Virus record (IMG/VR): IMGVR_UViG_3300030380_002666
Coordinates: 1-53,714 of that record
Source: a virus
Taxonomy: Duplodnaviria; Caudoviricetes
Direction: 5' to 3' (one strand)
Length of the DNA: 53,714 nt
A program made the translations under genes and the position numbers. Below, one piece after another: positions 1 to 10,395 of the stretch. Under the pieces are notes generated by a model. That model was not told the origin of the DNA and made no database searches. It saw only the letters and a program-made list of their open reading frames with translations. Numbering within the stretch: position 1 is the stretch's first letter; every line of letters begins with the position of its first letter.

Positions 1-2
1 TA

Positions 3-1181
3 GTTGATGGTGGTGTTTTGGCTTCAAATGGTAAAGCTTATGCTTTTACTGAGAGTAAAGAGGAAGCAGAAAAGAAAAAGCAAGAAAATTTAATATATAT
101 AAATAGGCGTGAAAATCAAAGAGGTATTCCTGAAATAGACCCTGATGATTTAGAATTGGCTAAGGGTGTTTTAAAAGCGAACATAAGACGTAAAGTTGAT
201 AGAAAGATTCAAAACGCAAAACTCCAAGAGAAGAGTAGGGATCCTTTATTGAAGGAATATTATGATGATGCTAAGGATGCTAAACTTATGAATGATTCTT
301 TAGATAGATACTCTCCGTTCTTTACAGGTGGCACGGCTGATAAAAAGCCAATATTAGAATCTTTAGACAACAATCCAGGGGTAAAAGATGCTTTTATTTT
401 AGATAATGGTACAGAAGGAACTTATGTGGGTTATAAAATAATAGATAATCAAACAGGTAAAGTGATAGATGAAATAACTAAAGGTATCACAATACGTGAT
501 GCTACAGGTGAGCCATCTAGTCCATTTCAAGTAGGCTCATCTTTTTACAGGAATAATCAATTAATGACATCAGAAGGTGATAAGGTTTTTGAAAAGTTAT
601 CAGATGAACAACTTATAAAGTATTTAGAAAGCAAAGGATTTAAAAACCCAAAAGACCCGTATGTTCGTGATGCGAAAGGGGGTATTGTGTATGAAGAGGT
701 AATCGACCCAAACACAAAGAAAAGTATTACAAGACCAAAGTCCAGAATTAATCTTGAAGGTTTAGAAATAGGTGTAAAAATGAGGGGAATGGAAAGAAAA
801 GAGGGTGAAACTAGATCTGATATTATTGATAGTAGTATTAAAAATATCAAACAAAATTTATCAACACCTATGACAATTAATGGTACTAAATTATATTCTT
901 TTAAAAATTTCATTAAAGAATTAGATAGAGCTATTATAACTAATGAAGATTATAAAATAAATAAAGATGGAAACATTGAAGATTCAGAAGGAAAAGAAGT
1001 TATTAATATTGAAAAACAGGTAAATAAAGGGTATGAAGATGGTATTACTGAATCAGAGATTTCTAAAGTAATCTCAGGTATACTACAAAACGATGATATA
1101 ATCAACATAACAGCTGCTAAACGTTTATATAGTGTTGGAAGTTCGTATAAATACACTAATTTAAACACCAAAATTGAATAA
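3..1181 (+). CDS. Probable internal virion protein, 5'-partial
   Basis: The frame is open from base 3, so the TTG at 18 is probably not the true start. It lies directly upstream of the giant virion protein. No recognisable motif. Confidence 0.5.
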   Translation, partial: VDGGVLASNGKAYAFTESKEEAEKKKQENLIYINRRENQRGIPEIDPDDLELAKGVLKANIRRKVDRKIQNAKLQEKSRDPLLKEYYDDAKDAKLMNDSLDRYSPFFTGGTADKKPILESLDNNPGVKDAFILDNGTEGTYVGYKIIDNQTGKVIDEITKGITIRDATGEPSSPFQVGSSFYRNNQLMTSEGDKVFEKLSDEQLIKYLESKGFKNPKDPYVRDAKGGIVYEEVIDPNTKKSITRPKSRINLEGLEIGVKMRGMERKEGETRSDIIDSSIKNIKQNLSTPMTINGTKLYSFKNFIKELDRAIITNEDYKINKDGNIEDSEGKEVINIEKQVNKGYEDGITESEISKVISGILQNDDIINITAAKRLYSVGSSYKYTNLNTKIE

Positions 1182-1199
1182 TAAAAACACATCTAAAAA

Positions 1200-4100
1200 A
1201 TGAACGAAGAGTTAATTGATATTCTTTATGACAGAGCTACAAGATTAGGATATCGTGGGGCTAAAAATGTTTTTATGCATTATGTGTCCAAGGATAAAGA
1301 TTTATTTGATGATGTTTATAATCATTCATTATCTATTGGTGCTGCTTCTGATGCTAGGTCTTTCGCAAAAGATATAGGTGTTGAAATACCAAAGGGATAT
1401 TTTGCACTTGATGACATGAAGGATGTTGGAGAGGCTGTTAAAAAAAAAGCTCAAGAGGAATTCGACCAACAAGTGGAAGCCCAAAAACAGGTGGAGACTC
1501 AAGTTCTCGAAGAGCCTACGGACTCATTATCGGAAGATGGTGCTTCGGTTTTGCCAACGGAGAAACAAGATGCGGAATCATTATCGGAAGATGGTGCTTC
1601 GGGCTTGTCAGAATACATTAAAGCTCCCGAGGAAGAAAAGGGTAAATATACCATTGATGGTATTGAGTTAAGTAAAGAAGACTTTGAACGTCAAATAAAA
1701 GAAACGCCAAAAGAGGTGTTACAAGGCAGTGTTATATCTATTGAGAATGATGAAGAGGCGGAGAGACTATTCAAAAGAAAGCAGTATTTCGAGACAGATG
1801 AAGATTTAAAACTCCCACCCGGTATGGAGTGGATGGAGAGGTACATTCCTGAGCCTGATCGTATATTCAATAATTCCTTGAAAGCTGTCGATGAAGACTT
1901 AATGAATACTAGTGAGGACTTTGTAGTTCCTGAACTTAACTATTTATTTAATCAATATGGTTTTGATTTTGAGGAAACTGACTACTTAGGTGATGGGGTA
2001 TTAGTAAAAGCACCTAATGATAAGAGCGAAAGGTTTAATTTAGACCCTGCATTTTATGGTGCTAAAGAAGAGGCTGCTAGGCTCAAGGCTTTTTTGAAAG
2101 AGAACAAACCAGCAGAAGACGAAAGGCTAAAGATTGTATCTGACAATTTAAAAATAAAGAAGCAGAAGATAATCAATGATGAGCAAATGAATCAATTTGC
2201 CAAAGACTTCAACTCTACTGTTCAAGAATACATGAAAGAAGTTTCAGTGTATAATGAAATGGTTGAAGATCGGGCGAATATGAATCGTGAGGCTTTTGAA
2301 CAAAAATATAACATTAGCGAGGAAGGGTTTAGAAAAACCACGACTAGACTAAAGAATCTTGCTCAGAGTTTTAGTATTAAGGGGCGTGAGTTTGATAGAA
2401 TGGTTGGTGAGTATAATATGATGAAGGAGCAGAGGGGTTCAACTGCTCTTTTAGGTGGCTTTTTCTTATCTTCATTAGATATGCCAAGAGAAGGATTAGG
2501 TAGTGTTTTATCTGGTGCTTACTCTCAATACGCTCAATTAAAATCTATGATTCCTGCCGTAAAATACAACATAGGTATCGGCAGAGAAGAGATGAAAGAA
2601 AAATATCCAGGTAAAACCATAGAGGAAATATCTGACATAATAAAAAAAGAATCCGACAAAGATTTAAAAGAAGAGTTGTACGGTAAAGATACTTATTATG
2701 TGAATCCCTTTACAAAACAAGCCACTGCATTATCTAGGGAATTTAACGAAGGCATGAAGGATTACCTTAGAGATTTTATAGTAGATATTACAGGAGGAAG
2801 AGTTGCTGAAGAAAAAAGAACTGAAAAAATTAAGAGAGAAAGTTTTGTAGGTGGTGCTTTGTTAGGATTGGCTGAATCACTTCCTACGTTCTTATTAGGA
2901 GCTGTCGGACCTGCTTTATTGATGAGTGATTTTGTTTCTGAAGAAATGGAAAAGAATCCAAAATTTGATAATATACCAGAGGATGAGAAATTAATAGTTG
3001 CTAATATTATTGGAACAGTTGGTGGTTTTTTGGAGTTTTATGGTCTTAGAAATGTATTTAGCCAAAAGGGTGTTTTTAATAACTTGATAGCTGGTGCTAT
3101 AAATAAATTTTCAACACAAGGTGCTTCGACTGCTACTAAAAGGTCATTCGCTGAATTTGTAAAAGATGACATCCAAAATAAATTTGTCAAAGGAGGTGCT
3201 TTAGTTGTAGCAGGTGGACTCGCTGAATTCGAAACTGGTGCTGCTCAAGAGACTGTAGATATAATTGTAAATAACGTGTATAATGATTATGTCAGAAATA
3301 AGGAGATGTTTGAAACTCCAGATATCATGTCTTTTGAAGCTGTCAATGCTATACTATATGCAGGCGCACAAGAAGCTGTAGGTGGTAAGTTTATGGGTGC
3401 TGTTAATGCTACTGTTGGGTTGGCTACTGGTAGTTTAGAATCAGGTACTGATTTTGAGTTCCAAATATTTCAAGAGTTGTCTCAAGACCCTATGACGTAT
3501 GACCAATACACTCAATATTTAGATTTAAAAGTAGCTAATGGTGAAATAAATACAAGAGAGCGAGATAAGAAGCTGAAGAACTACAACCAAATGAACGAGG
3601 CAATGCAGCAGTTCAAAGACATCACAGGTTTGGATGGTATGCCTCAAGACATTAGTGTTGATAAGCAAAAAGATATTGTTAGATTATTAGTTCGAAGAAA
3701 CAAAGCAAAGTTAGCGTCTCAAAATTCTAAGCTATCTATTATTAAAAATAATAAGTTAGCTGAAGCGAACAAGATAGAAAAAAATATAGAGGAGTTATTG
3801 ACAGTAGAGGCTGAGTTGAATGCTGCGGATCAGAATGAAGTGATTGATCCATCTAAAATAGGCACTGATGAGTTGACGGTGTACCCTGAAGACACCTACG
3901 ACATGACATTCCAAGACCAAGAGAGTGTACCTGAAGGTGTTTCTTCTTTGGAAGCGCAAGAAACTCAAGAGGCTGAGGACGGTTCGGTAACGTTAACTTT
4001 CAGTGGTCAGCAGTTGATTGATGGTGGTTTAGCAACTGAGTCAAAAATAGAGAAATCTGACGAGACAGGTAGTGTCAGTGAGCTATTTGAAGTAGATGAA

Positions 4101-7100
4101 GGTGTATCTGCTGTGGGTGAGCAGTCAGAAGAGGCTGTAGAGGAGTATAAAAATAGTGCTGTAAAAGGAATGATTGATAATGCAAAAAAAGCATTTAAGA
4201 AAGTTTTACCAAATGTCAAAATTATTCTTCATAGAAATGATGAGTCATTTAATAAAGAGACAACTGATGAGAGTCAAAAAAACGACTCAGGATTAACAAA
4301 AATAATTGATGGGCAAGTTTATGTTCATATAAACCAACAGAGGGCAACAGGGACGACTGTAGGACACGAGATGAAGCATGCCCTTGGTGTTTCAGAAGAA
4401 AAAGCAGCTGAAATAAGAAGTGCCATCGAAGGTCAGATAGATCCCGAGACAAAAGCTGAGTTAGAGGCTGCGTTGGATGAGTCTGGGACAAAGGACAACA
4501 ATCAAGAATACAACTCTGAGTATTTTGGTATTCTTACCGACAACTATCGCAATGCTACTCCAACGGTAAAAGAGCGTATTGCTGATTTTCTTCAAAGCTT
4601 ATTCGATACTTTTAACATACCCATAAAGATTAACAAGACCAATGACAATGAGATATTAGACTTATTGAACACATTGGCACGAAAAGTTGCAAGAGGTAAA
4701 AAGATTACAAAGAAAGAAGCAGCTAAAATAGGTTTCACGTTGAATACAGATGGGAATACCGTAAGGTCTCAAAAAGTTGGTGCTAGGAAGATTAAGCCTG
4801 CAGAGGTAAAAACTAGAAGAGTAAAGGTTAAGAGTAAAAAGCAAATTGAAAAAGATGCTAATAATCTTGCCCTAGTTCGTAGCTTGAGGGATAAGCTAAA
4901 AAATACAAAGCTCGAGTCTGAGAAAAAAGCCATAAGGAAGAGAATAAAGGATCTCAAAAAGAGGTATCGATATAGAGTAGAGATGGCTATGATTACGTCC
5001 ATAATTGCGGATGGAAGATTAACCCGATCTCCTGAGACGGCTATAAAAGAATTCTTGGTAAATAAATTAGGATATAGTGCTTCATTGGTTGATCGTGTAA
5101 TGTCTATCGATAAGAAGTATCTTAATGTCATGCCTGATGTATTTGCTCGAACTAAGAAAAGCATAGATTTATTTAAAAAGGTAAATGCATATAGGAATAA
5201 GATTGTAGCGGCTAATGCTAGAAGAAAGGGTTTAACCGAAAACCAAATTGAACAAAGAGTAGAGCAAAAAACCGCTGAAATAGATGCTTATTATGCAAGG
5301 TATTATTCTCCAAAGCGATTACGCAGAAAAAAGAACGAAACAGATGACCAATATTTTGAAAGAAGAACTGAGTATATAGAAGAAATAGCAGCTAAGAGAA
5401 AGAAAGAAATAGAAGATTTTCGGGAAAATTTAACTGATAAAAATTCAAAACTGCTATTACCAAAATCAACTGATCAGATATCTAAAGAGGTGATTGACTT
5501 TATGCGGTCTCAAAAAGAGTATCCAGCTAATCAGTCGGATGCACTCGTAATGGATCGTGAAATAAGAAAACTAATCAAAACAACCGCTAAAGTAGGTAAG
5601 TTTATAAAGATAAGGCAATCTACTCTGATGAAGAAAGTTAGTGGGATGGAGATAAAAAGGGCTAGAAAAGCTGTTAAAGAGTTTGTCATAGAAATGCTTC
5701 CATCAAATGTTACTATAAACAATAAAGTAGTTAAAGAGCTTCTTAAAAAAATTGACAATGCGAATACAGAGAGTATAGTCCCATTGGTTGAGTCTGATAT
5801 AATGGAAACAATCACAAAACTTCAGGTTGATAAACTGAAGAAAGACATCAAGAACTTAATGAAAGTTAAAGAAGTTAAGTTGAGAGACGGTAGGATTGTT
5901 GGTGTAGTAGGATTGCCTTGGCAAGGTAATATACAAAGGGTGAAGGATGGTGTTGAACAAATAGATGAATTAGCCAAGAAAAAAGATACAGATGCAATAC
6001 TAGAGTATGTTAACAATTTATCGGAGAGGATAGAGAAAATGACTTTAGAAAAAGCAGAAGCAGAAACACAGTTGGATGAAAAGGCTATTCGAGAAAAAGT
6101 AGACGATTCAGTTGATGCTATACTTTTGTCTTATGCTAAATCTATGTTAGTTGAAGACACCAATCCTACCAAGATTAACAACTTAGAAGACTTTAAGGAA
6201 AACTTTATTCAGTTATACCAAAGCGGTAGAAGTGCCTTACAAGAAAAAATACAAGAGCAAAAGACATCAACCGCTGTTGATCAGATTTTTACTTGGATTT
6301 CATTGACATATGGCAAGAGGTCTAAAGGCAATGTTTTTGACGGAATGACAAAGGATGATGTTAGAGCCGCTATTGAGAACAAGCAAAAAACAGATGAGGC
6401 GAAATCAACTAGTATGTCTAAAATAAATGGTTTAGTTGCTGCACTTCCATCTACTTTTTTTAGAGGCAAAAAGAAACAGAAGAAAAAGTATAGCGAATTA
6501 ACAGAGAGTGAAAAGCAAAGATTCAGAAAGGAGTACCCACAATTTGATGAATTCTTTGAGTTGACAGAATTAGTTCAAAGCCAATACACACAAGAGTCAG
6601 ATTATGTGAGTAAAGAAACTAAAGAAACTGAAGAAGCTAAAAAAACCAAAAAAACACCCCCTGATTTTAATTTAGAAGAAAAAACATATAAAGACTTAAC
6701 AGCAGAGAATCAAAACCGATTTGACAATGACAATACCATGTTCCTTGACATAATGACTAGAGTGGAACAAGAAAACAGTTCTTTGATGCCTTTGCGTACT
6801 CAAGGCGTGGGTTCTGAAATACGAAATGTCATGGAGTATATAATAAGAGCATTAAATAAATATATGTATAGCAACATGGCTTTTTATAATGTAATGGACA
6901 AGCTATGTAAAGCACCTAGTATTGTAATGGGTCAGCAGTTCCAGCAAGAGTTTACAAATGAATTAGATGATGCTAGTTTAATGAACAAAGAAGGAGAATT
7001 GTATTTGAATGGTGTACTCATGGATGCTATGGAGCGGATAATTGGAAAAGGTTGGAAGTTGAAAGCTAGAAAATACCAAAGCCTAAATCGAAAAACAGCT

Positions 7101-9245
7101 ATAACATTCTCAGAGCAATACTCTATGGATGAGGTAAATAGAGATGTTAGGAAAATGTTTCCAACGGCAAAAAACTACAATGATCTTCACTCTATAGATC
7201 AAGAATCTTTCAGAAAAAAACACCAAAAGTATAAAATTCAAACAATAACATTAGGTCAAGCAGCTTACTGGTATAATCAATATAAAAACGACGAAACACA
7301 CGCAGGTTTTCAAAAAGGTAATGGATTTAGTGATAGCTCTATGAAAAGTATATTCTTAGAGTTAAAGGAAAAAGCTCCAGAGTTGGTTGCGTTTGCTGAT
7401 TGGCAAGTCAATGAATTCTTTCCTTCTGTATACAATAGGTATAATGATGTATACAAGGATTTATATTTCACAAACATGGAGTATAGCCAAAAGTATGCAG
7501 GTAGGGTATATCGAGAGAATGATAAAGATCAGAATTATGATATTTTTGATCGTATGAAAAACTTCGACTACGTATATGGAGGTCCAGCTCAGTCAAAACA
7601 AAGGAGGAAGAATGCAAATGCAATCAAGAAAATTGATATAAACAAAGCACTTTTTACATATGTAAGAGATATGGAATACTTCAGAGCGTATGCAAAGCCA
7701 CTTAGAAAGCTTAACAGTGTTTTTGGAGAAATGGGACCGGGGAAGGCAAAGAAGCAAGTAACGGAGGCTATAGACCAAATGTACGGTAATAGTTTTAGGA
7801 AGTTTGTAAATGAGTATGTCGCTGTGATAAATAGAAACGGTGCTACCAATGATGGTGGTATATTTGGTGCTGTTCAAAAAGCATTTGTATATGGTAAAAT
7901 TGGTGGTTTGTCTATACCTATATTTTTAAAGCAGTTAACATCTTCAGTTACATATGCTGATGATATTGGGTATATAAACTGGGGTGTTAATTTATTGGCT
8001 TCAACACCTGAATTAGGCTTAGAGCTTGCTAGGAAGATAACCAGTGGCAAGTATAATCCTGCTTTTTTTATAAATAATTTTATACCAGAATATCAAACTT
8101 CAGTTAAAGAGATATTTGAAAACTCTAGTTATATAAAAAATAGATACGATTCGAATAGCACTTTATTGAGAAGTATTTCTTCTTTTTCTAGCAGTGATTT
8201 GGTTCAGTTATTTCCAGATAGAGCTTATAAGCAATTTGGTGCTGATTTTGGTAACTTCATGTTGACATTAACGAGAGAAGGTGATAAAGCTGCGATTATG
8301 TTAGGTGGTGTTCCAAATTATAGATTCTACAAAAACGAGTTTAAAAAGAAAAATCAAGCCCAAGAAGGGGAGACACAGAAAGAGTATGAACAAAGAGCGA
8401 TTGATTACGCTATAAAGAAATTTGAAAAAGATACCAAGACCACTCAGCAGTCATCTGATGTTCAGGATCGAGACTACTTTCAAACAACAGATAATGTATT
8501 TGTAAGAGGATTCTCATTGTTCATGACAGCTCAGAAACAATACCTACGTAAAGAGGTATCTGGTTTTCAGAAAATAGGTAGAGGTATTAAAAACTTTAGA
8601 CCAAAAGAAGTATTTGAGGGATTAAGAACTGTTTTTACATATCATATGTTAGCTCCAGCATTGTTTCAATATGTTGCTCTTGCACTTCCCGGTATAGCTA
8701 GAGATTGGGAGGAAGAAGATACAGATAAACTATTTTGGGCTGCGCTTTTAGGTAATTTTAATAGTTTCTTTATAGCCGGTGATATTCTAAATACAATTAA
8801 AGATGTTGCTTTGGGATATCCTTGGGCAGGTAATTTAAAGTTAAGTCCAAGTTTACAGGTTATGGCAGATATTGGTAGAAATTACAAGGAGTACTCCAAT
8901 GCTAAAACCGATGAAAAGAAGAAAAAATATATGTTTAAAATGGAATTATTATTGGGTGAAGTTCTTGGTTTACCAACAAGTAGAACTGCTAGATTCGTTG
9001 ATAACTATATGAAACTTTACGACGATTGGGAAACGATGCCTTTAGGAGAAAAGGCTCTTAGATTTGCTAACTATTCAGAATATGCCATAAATGGAGGTAA
9101 GATTGAAAAAAATGCAAAGAAAAAACGCAGAAAGCAAAAGAAAACTAAAAAGACGGAAGACTCATTTTCAGAGTCAGTTATTTTAGATGAAAGATTAAAT
9201 TTTAGTGATGAGATAATTGATTTTAGTGACGAAAAAATAGATTAA
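1200..9245 (+). CDS. Giant (2681 aa) probable ejected internal virion protein with a zincin-like metallopeptidase motif
   Basis: GHEMKH (HExxH, nt 4365-4379) is preceded by a VYVHIN strand and followed by a distal Glu (QEYNSE). Also Gly/Ala-rich hydrophobic helices, long charged helical regions and a position at the end of the virion module. Confidence 0.65.
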   Translation: MNEELIDILYDRATRLGYRGAKNVFMHYVSKDKDLFDDVYNHSLSIGAASDARSFAKDIGVEIPKGYFALDDMKDVGEAVKKKAQEEFDQQVEAQKQVETQVLEEPTDSLSEDGASVLPTEKQDAESLSEDGASGLSEYIKAPEEEKGKYTIDGIELSKEDFERQIKETPKEVLQGSVISIENDEEAERLFKRKQYFETDEDLKLPPGMEWMERYIPEPDRIFNNSLKAVDEDLMNTSEDFVVPELNYLFNQYGFDFEETDYLGDGVLVKAPNDKSERFNLDPAFYGAKEEAARLKAFLKENKPAEDERLKIVSDNLKIKKQKIINDEQMNQFAKDFNSTVQEYMKEVSVYNEMVEDRANMNREAFEQKYNISEEGFRKTTTRLKNLAQSFSIKGREFDRMVGEYNMMKEQRGSTALLGGFFLSSLDMPREGLGSVLSGAYSQYAQLKSMIPAVKYNIGIGREEMKEKYPGKTIEEISDIIKKESDKDLKEELYGKDTYYVNPFTKQATALSREFNEGMKDYLRDFIVDITGGRVAEEKRTEKIKRESFVGGALLGLAESLPTFLLGAVGPALLMSDFVSEEMEKNPKFDNIPEDEKLIVANIIGTVGGFLEFYGLRNVFSQKGVFNNLIAGAINKFSTQGASTATKRSFAEFVKDDIQNKFVKGGALVVAGGLAEFETGAAQETVDIIVNNVYNDYVRNKEMFETPDIMSFEAVNAILYAGAQEAVGGKFMGAVNATVGLATGSLESGTDFEFQIFQELSQDPMTYDQYTQYLDLKVANGEINTRERDKKLKNYNQMNEAMQQFKDITGLDGMPQDISVDKQKDIVRLLVRRNKAKLASQNSKLSIIKNNKLAEANKIEKNIEELLTVEAELNAADQNEVIDPSKIGTDELTVYPEDTYDMTFQDQESVPEGVSSLEAQETQEAEDGSVTLTFSGQQLIDGGLATESKIEKSDETGSVSELFEVDEGVSAVGEQSEEAVEEYKNSAVKGMIDNAKKAFKKVLPNVKIILHRNDESFNKETTDESQKNDSGLTKIIDGQVYVHINQQRATGTTVGHEMKHALGVSEEKAAEIRSAIEGQIDPETKAELEAALDESGTKDNNQEYNSEYFGILTDNYRNATPTVKERIADFLQSLFDTFNIPIKINKTNDNEILDLLNTLARKVARGKKITKKEAAKIGFTLNTDGNTVRSQKVGARKIKPAEVKTRRVKVKSKKQIEKDANNLALVRSLRDKLKNTKLESEKKAIRKRIKDLKKRYRYRVEMAMITSIIADGRLTRSPETAIKEFLVNKLGYSASLVDRVMSIDKKYLNVMPDVFARTKKSIDLFKKVNAYRNKIVAANARRKGLTENQIEQRVEQKTAEIDAYYARYYSPKRLRRKKNETDDQYFERRTEYIEEIAAKRKKEIEDFRENLTDKNSKLLLPKSTDQISKEVIDFMRSQKEYPANQSDALVMDREIRKLIKTTAKVGKFIKIRQSTLMKKVSGMEIKRARKAVKEFVIEMLPSNVTINNKVVKELLKKIDNANTESIVPLVESDIMETITKLQVDKLKKDIKNLMKVKEVKLRDGRIVGVVGLPWQGNIQRVKDGVEQIDELAKKKDTDAILEYVNNLSERIEKMTLEKAEAETQLDEKAIREKVDDSVDAILLSYAKSMLVEDTNPTKINNLEDFKENFIQLYQSGRSALQEKIQEQKTSTAVDQIFTWISLTYGKRSKGNVFDGMTKDDVRAAIENKQKTDEAKSTSMSKINGLVAALPSTFFRGKKKQKKKYSELTESEKQRFRKEYPQFDEFFELTELVQSQYTQESDYVSKETKETEEAKKTKKTPPDFNLEEKTYKDLTAENQNRFDNDNTMFLDIMTRVEQENSSLMPLRTQGVGSEIRNVMEYIIRALNKYMYSNMAFYNVMDKLCKAPSIVMGQQFQQEFTNELDDASLMNKEGELYLNGVLMDAMERIIGKGWKLKARKYQSLNRKTAITFSEQYSMDEVNRDVRKMFPTAKNYNDLHSIDQESFRKKHQKYKIQTITLGQAAYWYNQYKNDETHAGFQKGNGFSDSSMKSIFLELKEKAPELVAFADWQVNEFFPSVYNRYNDVYKDLYFTNMEYSQKYAGRVYRENDKDQNYDIFDRMKNFDYVYGGPAQSKQRRKNANAIKKIDINKALFTYVRDMEYFRAYAKPLRKLNSVFGEMGPGKAKKQVTEAIDQMYGNSFRKFVNEYVAVINRNGATNDGGIFGAVQKAFVYGKIGGLSIPIFLKQLTSSVTYADDIGYINWGVNLLASTPELGLELARKITSGKYNPAFFINNFIPEYQTSVKEIFENSSYIKNRYDSNSTLLRSISSFSSSDLVQLFPDRAYKQFGADFGNFMLTLTREGDKAAIMLGGVPNYRFYKNEFKKKNQAQEGETQKEYEQRAIDYAIKKFEKDTKTTQQSSDVQDRDYFQTTDNVFVRGFSLFMTAQKQYLRKEVSGFQKIGRGIKNFRPKEVFEGLRTVFTYHMLAPALFQYVALALPGIARDWEEEDTDKLFWAALLGNFNSFFIAGDILNTIKDVALGYPWAGNLKLSPSLQVMADIGRNYKEYSNAKTDEKKKKYMFKMELLLGEVLGLPTSRTARFVDNYMKLYDDWETMPLGEKALRFANYSEYAINGGKIEKNAKKKRRKQKKTKKTEDSFSESVILDERLNFSDEIIDFSDEKID
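1524..1602 (+). repeat. 25-bp direct repeat, two copies (1524-1548, 1578-1602), encoding SLSEDGAS
   Basis: TCATTATCGGAAGATGGTGCTTCGG occurs twice with a 54-bp period. Confidence 0.9.
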
Positions 9246-9247
9246 CT

Positions 9248-9499
9248 ATGCCAGGAAAAACAATGAAGTATTACAAGTCCGCTAAAGGTAAAAAATCTTA
9301 CAAAAAGAAGCTAAAGCAGGACGTAAAGAGAAGCACAAGTAGAGCCGGTCTCAAGAAGAGAGCTGAGTTGAAACGTATTAGACGCAAAGCAGCTAAGAAG
9401 GGACTGAAGATAAAAGGCAAGGACTATGATCATGCAACTGGGCGATTTGTTAAACCATCGGTAAACAGAGGTCGCAAAGGAGAAGGAGGACGCAAATAA
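9248..9499 (+). CDS. Small very basic protein, possibly a minimal HNH-like nuclease or DNA-binding protein
   Basis: K/R-rich; KGKDYDH...SVNRGR resembles the DxDH...NR core of small phage HNH proteins. Confidence 0.45.
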   Translation: MPGKTMKYYKSAKGKKSYKKKLKQDVKRSTSRAGLKKRAELKRIRRKAAKKGLKIKGKDYDHATGRFVKPSVNRGRKGEGGRK

Positions 9500-9567
9500 G
9501 AAAAAATTATCTTTAATGTGTTAAAAAGAAATAAAAAAATTCTTAATTTTCCGAAAAATTATATACA

Positions 9568-10395
9568 ATGAAACAAACAGTAACTTACCACGAAATTACT
9601 CAGAAACTGAGAGATTTTTTTTTATCTAAAGGCTACATAGAAGTACCTTCACAAAGTAGAAAATCAATTTTAGCAGCATGTGAGAACCCTCATTCTGTTG
9701 CAACGTTTGAATATGATGGACTTGTCTGGCCGCTACCACAAACAGGACAGATGTGGCTAGAGTATGAGCTACTAAAGAATCCTCATTGGAAAGGATGCTT
9801 CTGTGTTTCTACATCCTATAGAAATGAGAAAGAGCCTATACCGGGGAGACATGAGAAGATTTTTCCTATGTTTGAGTTTGAGTCCAAAGGAGACTTTGAT
9901 GAGCTTAGAAAGCTAAATGTAGAGCTTGTAGAGTACTTAGGATTTAACACACCTAAACAGCTTGACTACAATACAACAAGTGAAAGATATGCCGCTCCTA
10001 TTTTAGAAGATGAGCATGAAGCTAGAATGTGGCAAGAGGTGGGTCATTCAATATCATTAGAAACATTTCCTATTAGAACATCTCCGTTTTGGAATATGAG
10101 ATACATAGGTGATGGAAAGTTCAACAAGTGTGACATCATTCTATACGGACAAGAAACATTTGGTACTGCTGAACGCAGTTGTAATCCTGAAGAGATGAGA
10201 AACTTTTTCTATACCATTATGGATGGCACGTACTGTGAGAAACTATTTGAATTGTTTGGTAAAGAAAGAGTAGAGGCAGAGCTAGAAGAGTTCTTGTCTT
10301 ATAAATTTTTCCCACGATTCGGAGGTGGTATAGGTCTAACAAGATTAGGTAGAGCATGGGAGATGCTTGCGAAAGAAAAAGAAAAGGTAGGATGA
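9568..10395 (+). CDS. Class IIb (Asp/Asn/Lys) aminoacyl-tRNA synthetase catalytic-domain paralog lacking the anticodon-binding domain
   Basis: Motif 1 (LRDFFLSKGYIEVP), LPQTGQMWLE, motif 2 (YRNE..GRH..FPMFEFE) and motif 3 (RFGGGIGLTRL). Only 275 aa, with no N-terminal OB fold. Confidence 0.85.
   Translation: MKQTVTYHEITQKLRDFFLSKGYIEVPSQSRKSILAACENPHSVATFEYDGLVWPLPQTGQMWLEYELLKNPHWKGCFCVSTSYRNEKEPIPGRHEKIFPMFEFESKGDFDELRKLNVELVEYLGFNTPKQLDYNTTSERYAAPILEDEHEARMWQEVGHSISLETFPIRTSPFWNMRYIGDGKFNKCDIILYGQETFGTAERSCNPEEMRNFFYTIMDGTYCEKLFELFGKERVEAELEEFLSYKFFPRFGGGIGLTRLGRAWEMLAKEKEKVG

Noticed and set aside
1200-9245. Virion RNA polymerase as in crAss-like or N4-like phages
   Set aside because: I found no DxDxD-type or T7-like catalytic motifs; size alone is insufficient.
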